From Bacilli bacterium (GTDB taxonomy: Bacteria; Bacillota_I; Bacilli_A; RF39; UBA660), in contig JAFSVF010000009.1 of NCBI GenBank assembly GCA_017450205.1, positions 107,491 to 171,490 on the forward strand: a stretch of DNA of 64,000 nt, in the 5' to 3' direction. This document shows, piece by piece, positions 58,153-64,000 of this stretch (positions within the stretch are counted from its first letter, which is position 1; each line of letters opens with the position of its first letter). The notes beneath the pieces are model-generated. The model searched no databases and was not told the DNA's origin. It was given only the letters and a program-made list of their open reading frames with translations. The translations under genes and the position numbers were made by a program.

Positions 58153-59034
58153 ATGAGAAGTGGATTTGTTAGTATTGTAGGTAGACCTAATACTGGTAAG
58201 AGTACTTTAATAAATGCAATTGTTAATGAAAAGATAGCAATTGTATCTAATGTTGCAGGTACTACTAGAAATACAATTCAAGGTGTATATCATGGTGATG
58301 ATTTTCAAATAGTATTTGTAGATACACCTGGTATTGCAAGAGCAACTGATAAATTAGGGAAAAAACTTAATAAAGAATCATATGATTCACTTGATGATAT
58401 AGATGCAATTCTTTTTGTTGTAGATGCTGCTGGTGGTTTAGGTAAAGGTGATAAGATGATTCTTGAAACTTTAAAGAAAACAAATACACCAGTAATACTA
58501 GTATTAAATAAAATAGATAAACTTACTAAAGAAGGTATATTTAAAGCTATTCTTAAATATAAAGATCTTTATGATTTCCAAGAAATCATTCCTGTAAGTG
58601 CTCTTAAACATGTAAATATTGATGAACTTATTAATATTACTAAAAATTATTTAAGTGATTTGGTTAAATATTATGATGATGATGTTACAAGTAGTAATGA
58701 TCCTAAATTTATGGTTACTGAATTGGTTAGAGAAAAAATACTTAATTTAACTAATGATGAAGTACCTCATTCAATTACATGCGTACTTCAAAACTATAAT
58801 GAAAAATCATCACTTATCGAAGCACAAGTTGATATTATTGTATCAAGAGATTCTCTTAAGAAAATTATTATTGGTAAACAAGGTAGTATGTTAAAAGAAA
58901 TTGGTACTCAAGCAAGAAGAGATATTGAAAAAATGTATAAGAAACCTTGTTACTTAGAGTTATATGTTAAAACAATTAAAAATTGGAGAAATAAAGATTC
59001 ATTCTTAATAGATAACTTAGGTTTAGGGGAATAA
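58153..59034 (+). CDS. era: GTPase Era
   Basis: GRPNTGKST, TTR, DTPG, NKID, IIIGKQG. Confidence 0.97.
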   Translation: MRSGFVSIVGRPNTGKSTLINAIVNEKIAIVSNVAGTTRNTIQGVYHGDDFQIVFVDTPGIARATDKLGKKLNKESYDSLDDIDAILFVVDAAGGLGKGDKMILETLKKTNTPVILVLNKIDKLTKEGIFKAILKYKDLYDFQEIIPVSALKHVNIDELINITKNYLSDLVKYYDDDVTSSNDPKFMVTELVREKILNLTNDEVPHSITCVLQNYNEKSSLIEAQVDIIVSRDSLKKIIIGKQGSMLKEIGTQARRDIEKMYKKPCYLELYVKTIKNWRNKDSFLIDNLGLGE

Positions 59035-59064
59035 TTTTATTCTCCTTTTATTTTTGGAGGGTTT

Positions 59065-59802
59065 ATGTTAAAACAAATAAAGGGATATGTTATACATACT
59101 ACAGATTATCAAGATTCTTCTAGAATACTTAATGTACTTACTGAAGATGGAATAGTAGCTATTATTTCTAAAGGATGTAAGAATGTTAAATCTAGTTTAA
59201 GACTTGTAAGTCAAAAACTAATATATGGTGAATTTGTAATATATTATAAAGAAAAGGGTATGTCTACTTTAAAAGAAGGTACTATTATTAATGAATTCAG
59301 TAATATAAAAAAAGATTTAACTAAGTTTAGTTATTTTTCTTATATTACTGAACTTACTAGTCAAGTTGTAAAACAAAATAATAATAAGAAAATATTTGAT
59401 TTATTTAATAGTACAGTTTTAAAGATTGAAAGTGGATTAAATCCTAAAGTAATGACTAATATATTAGAATTAAAATTATTAGATTTTCTTGGAGTACCTC
59501 TTAATTTAAATGAATGTGTTAAATGTGGAAGTAGAAAAGATATAGTTACAATTGATCCTGATGAAGGAGGACTTATTTGTAAGAATTGTTATACTAATGA
59601 AATTATATATGATATGAAAGTAATAAAGATGTTAAGAAATTATTCATTAGTAGAAATTAAAAGTATTACAGAACTTAAAATAAGTGATGAGTTAATAGAA
59701 TTCATTAATAGAATTATAAGTATGTATTATGATAGATATACTGGTATATATATACATAGTAAAAAGTTTTTAGAAAAAATAGATAATCTTAATTTAAAAT
59801 AA
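59065..59802 (+). CDS. recO: DNA repair protein RecO
   Basis: Follows era; N-terminal OB fold; CVKCG...GGLICKNC. Confidence 0.93.
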   Translation: MLKQIKGYVIHTTDYQDSSRILNVLTEDGIVAIISKGCKNVKSSLRLVSQKLIYGEFVIYYKEKGMSTLKEGTIINEFSNIKKDLTKFSYFSYITELTSQVVKQNNNKKIFDLFNSTVLKIESGLNPKVMTNILELKLLDFLGVPLNLNECVKCGSRKDIVTIDPDEGGLICKNCYTNEIIYDMKVIKMLRNYSLVEIKSITELKISDELIEFINRIISMYYDRYTGIYIHSKKFLEKIDNLNLK

Positions 59803-59829
59803 ATTATATTTTTATTATAATTAAGTAAG

Positions 59830-61212
59830 GTGAATAATATGGGTGTGTTTAATAAATTAAAAGAATTTTTTAACAACTTAAGTAAAAAAATTAAAAAAGA
59901 TATTCTTTTTAAAAAAAGAGATAAAATGATTATTAAACAACAAATGGCTTTGTATAAAGAAGTAGAAAAAGAATACAAAGAAGAGGAAAAAAGATTAAAA
60001 AAAGAAAAAGAAGAAAAATATAAAGACATGCCTAAAAGTAAAAGAAGATTACTAGAAGTAAAAGAATTCTTTGATGAATTAATGAATAATGATGAATTTG
60101 AAGAATTAGAAAAATATAAAACTGAAAAAGAAAAGAAACGTGAAATTGAAGAGAAAAAAGAAGCAAGAAAAATAACAATAAAAGCTGCCTTAGTATTTGT
60201 TTTCGTTATTTGTATTTCTACAGTTGGATTACTTGTTTTTGGTGAAATGATAAAAACAGATTTAGAAAAGGTTACACAACCTATGTTAGAAGATTATTAT
60301 TTAAAAACATTTAATGAAAAGCCTAAATTACAAGGTATTACTTATTTAGATAAAGAAAAACATATTGTTCTTGCAAGATTTAAATCTGGTATTAATGTTA
60401 TGTGTGTTGAAAATAAGCATATTGGTAATGATTCTAATTATGATAGTATTTATAGTGATTATAAAGCTTATTTAATTAATACTATGCAAGCACAAGACTT
60501 TATTATTCATAAACCAAAGCTTTCTTATGTACCTTATGAAGTTAATTATAATTACTATATAGATTATATTGATACTTTACCAAGTGATTTAAACTTTAAT
60601 GAATTATTAAGTAGTAATTCACTTGATATAGTAGATATTATTATATATGAAAGAGATATTAATAAAGAAAATATTAAAAATATGTTAAATAGCTTTGGTA
60701 ATAATTCAATAATATATTTAATTAAAACTAGTGGTCAAAATGTTATTAATTTTAGTGTAGTAACTAAAGATAAAATAGAGTCTTTTGATGTTATAGAAGA
60801 AAAATATTCAAATCAAAATGATACCTTCTTTAAATTTGATCAATCTATTAACAAAGTAGAATATGTAGATATAATAACTCTAAGAGATGGCTATGATAGA
60901 AAAAATTATATGTATACCAACGTTAAAAAGTTTGATATTGATCAATCTTATTTACCTTATAGTGGTTCTAGAGAAGAAGATACTAGAAGTGAGTATTATT
61001 TAGTTAGATTAAAAAAAGAATTATCATATGATAACTTTACTCTTTTAACTGGATATGGTGAAAGTTATGGTTTGTATGATGAAGATGAAACACCCTTAGT
61101 TTTAGGTATTGAAACACAAAGTGGATATTTAGTATTTGGAACAAAAGAAGTTATGATTGGAAATAAAGATACAGAACCTAAATCTTGGTTATGTAGATTT
61201 AATTTATGTTAG
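59830..61212 (+). CDS. Hypothetical single-TM protein with a charged coiled-coil N-terminus
   Basis: K/E-rich N-terminus, one TM, large C-terminal domain. Confidence 0.65.
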   Translation: MNNMGVFNKLKEFFNNLSKKIKKDILFKKRDKMIIKQQMALYKEVEKEYKEEEKRLKKEKEEKYKDMPKSKRRLLEVKEFFDELMNNDEFEELEKYKTEKEKKREIEEKKEARKITIKAALVFVFVICISTVGLLVFGEMIKTDLEKVTQPMLEDYYLKTFNEKPKLQGITYLDKEKHIVLARFKSGINVMCVENKHIGNDSNYDSIYSDYKAYLINTMQAQDFIIHKPKLSYVPYEVNYNYYIDYIDTLPSDLNFNELLSSNSLDIVDIIIYERDINKENIKNMLNSFGNNSIIYLIKTSGQNVINFSVVTKDKIESFDVIEEKYSNQNDTFFKFDQSINKVEYVDIITLRDGYDRKNYMYTNVKKFDIDQSYLPYSGSREEDTRSEYYLVRLKKELSYDNFTLLTGYGESYGLYDEDETPLVLGIETQSGYLVFGTKEVMIGNKDTEPKSWLCRFNLC

Positions 61213-61230
61213 AATATAAGTGGTGATATT

Positions 61231-63636
61231 ATGGGAAAATATAAAGTAATAGCAATAGATGGACCTAGTGGGTCTGGAAAAGGTACAATTTGTAAGGAAT
61301 TAACTAAAATTACGGGTTACTTTTATGTTGATTCTGGTGTATACTATAGGGCGATAACTTATTTGGTGCAAAAAAATAATGTTAATCCAAGCGATATAGA
61401 TGCTGCAGTTGAATTAGGAAAGAACATGAAGCTTGAAGTTAAGGATAATAAATATATTCTTAATGGAGAAGATGTTACTACATTAATTAGAACAGAAAAG
61501 ATTAATGAAATGTTACCTAAGTTAACTCCAGTTGAGGAAATACGTAATGTGGTTAATTCTCATGTAAGAAACCTTACTAATAATAAAAATATTATTATTG
61601 ATGGTAGAGATACTACTACTGTATTATTCCCTGATGCTGATTATAAGTTCTATGTAGACTGTGATGTTTTAGTTAGAGCTAAAAGAAGATATGATCAAGA
61701 AATAGAAATGGGATTATCTCCTGACTTTGAAGAAATTAAAGATAACATTATTAAAAGAGATTTAAAAGATACTACTAGAAGTATCGCACCTTTAATAAGA
61801 AATAGTAGTCAAATATATATTGATACTACAAATGATACAATCGAAGAGAGTGTGAAAAAGATTATGGAAAAACTAGAAAATAAAGTAAATTTAAAGAAAT
61901 TATATATAGATTTCTTTGTAAGTAAAGGACATAAACAAATTCCTTCTGCTCCAGTAGTTCCTGAAAATGATCCTTCAGTATTATTTAATACTGCTGGTAT
62001 GCAACCATTAATTCCATTTTTAATGGGTGCTCATCATCCTTATGGAACTAGACTTACTGATTATCAAAAATGTGTAAGAACTAATGACCTTGAAAATATA
62101 GGAGATACTTATCATCATACATTCTTTGAAATGTTAGGTAATTGGTCTTTAGGAGATTATTTTAAAAAAGAAGCTATTACATGGAGTTTTGAATTCTTAA
62201 CTGAAGTGCTTAATATTCCAGTTGAAAGACTTGCTGTTACTGTATTTGCTGGTAACGATTCAATTCCATTTGATAATGAAGCTCATGATATTTGGAGAAG
62301 TTTAGGAATACCTGAAGAAAGAATTGTTCCTACTAAAGATGATAACTTCTGGATAGCTGGTGAAACTGGACCATGTGGACCTGATTCTGAAATGTTCTAT
62401 TGGAGAAGTAATGACCCAATTCCTGAAAAGTTTGATACTGAAGATAATAGATGGGTTGAAATTTGGAATGATGTATTCATGCAATATGAAAAACATGAAG
62501 ATGGTACATTTACTGAACTTCCTAAAAAGAATGTAGATACTGGTATGGGTGTTGAAAGAACAACTGCTATTCTTGAAGGTAAGAATGATAACTATCAATC
62601 ATCTATTTGGACTCCTGTTATGGAAGAAATTGAAAATATTACTGGACTTACTTATGAAAATAACGAAAAAGCTATGAGAATTATTGGAGACCATATTAGA
62701 AGTGCTGTATTTATTTCAGCAGACCCTGCTGGAATTAAACCAAGTAATACTGATCAAGGATATATTTTAAGAAGACTAATTAGAAGAGCAATTAGATATG
62801 CTAAGAGTTTAAATATTGAAATTAATTCTAATTGGGAAGAGAGAATTGCCAATAAGATAATGGATGAATATGAAGAATATTATTCAGAAATTAAACAAAA
62901 TAGAAATATTGTTTTAGAAGTTCTTAAAAATGAAAAAGTTAAATTTAATAGAACTCTAGAAAAAGGACTAAAAGAATTTGAGAAAATTGCTTCAATTAAA
63001 ACAGAAATTGATGCTACAGATGCTTTCCATTTATATGATACATTTGGTTTTCCTATTGAGTTAACTGAAGAAGTTGCTAAAGAAAGAAACTTAAGTGTAG
63101 ATGTAGAAGGATTTAAAGTTAAATTTAAAGAACATCAAGAATTATCTAGATCACAATCTCAAGGTAAATTTAAAGGTGGTTTAGCTGGTAACAGTGAAAT
63201 TGAAACAAGATATCATACTGCAACTCATTTATTAAATGCTGCACTTAAAAAGGTAATTGGACCTTCAGTACATCAATTAGGTTCAAATATTACTGAAGAA
63301 AGACTAAGATTCGATTTCCCATGTGATCATAAGATGACTGAAGAAGAAAAAAAAGAAGTAGAAAACTTAGTTAATGAATGGATTCAAGCAGGTTTAGATG
63401 TTAGAGTAGATGAAATGAAGAAAGAAGATGCAATTGCAAGTGGTGCTGAATGTATGTTCATTGAAAGATACCCTGATGTTGTAACTGTTTATACAATTGG
63501 AGATAATGTTTCTAAAGAATTATGTGGAGGTCCTCATGTTAAAAATACTAAAGAATTAGGACACTTCAGAATTAAGAAGGAAGAATCATCATCTTCAGGT
63601 GTAAGAAGAATCAAAGCTGTATTAGAAAGTGAGTAG
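61231..63636 (+). CDS. cmk-alaS: In-frame fusion of cytidylate kinase and a short-form alanyl-tRNA synthetase
   Basis: AIDGPSGSGKGT, DSG.YYR, DGRD, RD.KD..R..APL in the first ~215 aa; then NTAGMQP, HHTFFEMLGN, VDTGMGVER, HTATHLL, ELCGGPHV. Confidence 0.93.
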   Translation: MGKYKVIAIDGPSGSGKGTICKELTKITGYFYVDSGVYYRAITYLVQKNNVNPSDIDAAVELGKNMKLEVKDNKYILNGEDVTTLIRTEKINEMLPKLTPVEEIRNVVNSHVRNLTNNKNIIIDGRDTTTVLFPDADYKFYVDCDVLVRAKRRYDQEIEMGLSPDFEEIKDNIIKRDLKDTTRSIAPLIRNSSQIYIDTTNDTIEESVKKIMEKLENKVNLKKLYIDFFVSKGHKQIPSAPVVPENDPSVLFNTAGMQPLIPFLMGAHHPYGTRLTDYQKCVRTNDLENIGDTYHHTFFEMLGNWSLGDYFKKEAITWSFEFLTEVLNIPVERLAVTVFAGNDSIPFDNEAHDIWRSLGIPEERIVPTKDDNFWIAGETGPCGPDSEMFYWRSNDPIPEKFDTEDNRWVEIWNDVFMQYEKHEDGTFTELPKKNVDTGMGVERTTAILEGKNDNYQSSIWTPVMEEIENITGLTYENNEKAMRIIGDHIRSAVFISADPAGIKPSNTDQGYILRRLIRRAIRYAKSLNIEINSNWEERIANKIMDEYEEYYSEIKQNRNIVLEVLKNEKVKFNRTLEKGLKEFEKIASIKTEIDATDAFHLYDTFGFPIELTEEVAKERNLSVDVEGFKVKFKEHQELSRSQSQGKFKGGLAGNSEIETRYHTATHLLNAALKKVIGPSVHQLGSNITEERLRFDFPCDHKMTEEEKKEVENLVNEWIQAGLDVRVDEMKKEDAIASGAECMFIERYPDVVTVYTIGDNVSKELCGGPHVKNTKELGHFRIKKEESSSSGVRRIKAVLESE

Positions 63637-63643
63637 GATCAAA

Positions 63644-64000
63644 ATGAAAAAAGAAGATTTAAAAAAACGCGCATTAGAAAAATCAAAAGCACTAGCTGGA
63701 AAAGGTAAAGGATTTATTGGAGAATTCAAAGAATTTATTTTAAGAGGTAATGTTGTTGATATGGCTATCGGTGTTATTATTGGTAGTGCATTCTCATCAT
63801 TAATTACTGAATTTACTAAAGACTTTATTAATCCACTTATTAATGGTATTGGTGGAGTTGAAGTTGGTGGAACAATTAAGATTTATGGTGGACAAGAAAT
63901 ACTTTGGGGTAATTTTGTTACTGCTGTAATCAATTTTGTTATCATTGCTTTTGTATTATTCATGATGTTAAAAGTTATGAATAAACTTCTTTCAATCAGA
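63644..64000 (+). CDS. mscL: Large-conductance mechanosensitive channel (runs off the window)
   Basis: EFKEFILRGNVVDMAIGVIIGSAF; GNFVTAVINFVIIAF. Confidence 0.95.
   Translation, partial: MKKEDLKKRALEKSKALAGKGKGFIGEFKEFILRGNVVDMAIGVIIGSAFSSLITEFTKDFINPLINGIGGVEVGGTIKIYGGQEILWGNFVTAVINFVIIAFVLFMMLKVMNKLLSIR

Noticed and set aside
1707-62598. Short minus-strand ORFs from the track (1707, 2996, 9214, 9445, 14323, 19720, 28965, 34536, 40258, 46868, 55747, 59727, 62302)
   Set aside because: They lie antisense to well-supported genes, lack an RBS and have shadow-like composition.
1-64000. tRNA, rRNA, T-box or known riboswitches, reverse transcriptase/DGR/retron, prophage genes
   Set aside because: None recognised by eye; intergenic spaces are short and mostly explained by terminators and promoters. 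An Infernal/tRNAscan run would be needed to exclude them formally.
1-64000. Mycoplasma-type genetic code 4
   Set aside because: Conserved Trp residues use TGG and complete genes end in TGA (for example at 32523 and 58115).

Overview
This is a very AT-rich chromosomal segment of a Firmicute using genetic code 11 (TGA is used as a stop). Gene content suggests a reduced-genome, uncultured Bacilli lineage such as RF39; that placement is an inference. Nearly all genes lie on the + strand. 1-35 kb holds envelope and accessory genes: sortase-type surface proteins, an intact IS3/IS150-group element inserted in a terminator hairpin, two ABC transporters, an OmpR/HK pair, three HAD-SAK-like paralogs, a Tim44-like pair, pilin-like proteins, and a racemase / D-Asp ligase / asnB cell-wall operon. 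35-45.5 kb is a plasticity zone rich in pseudogenes. 45.5-64 kb is mostly core genes (rbgA, rnhB, LTA-synthase-like, topA, hemW, rpsU, yqeY, ybeY, era, recO, a cmk-alaS fusion, mscL). The main observation is an apparent tandem array of integrated units at the 5' end of rbgA. Three displaced copies of the rbgA N-terminus (NKTN[I/V]N[W/L]) each stop at the Trp-codon position and are followed by a related 22-23 bp arm. The last unit has inverted-repeat arms, carries ParB and serine-recombinase remnants, and supplies the current rbgA promoter and N-terminus. All product calls come from motif recognition by eye; no database searches were run.
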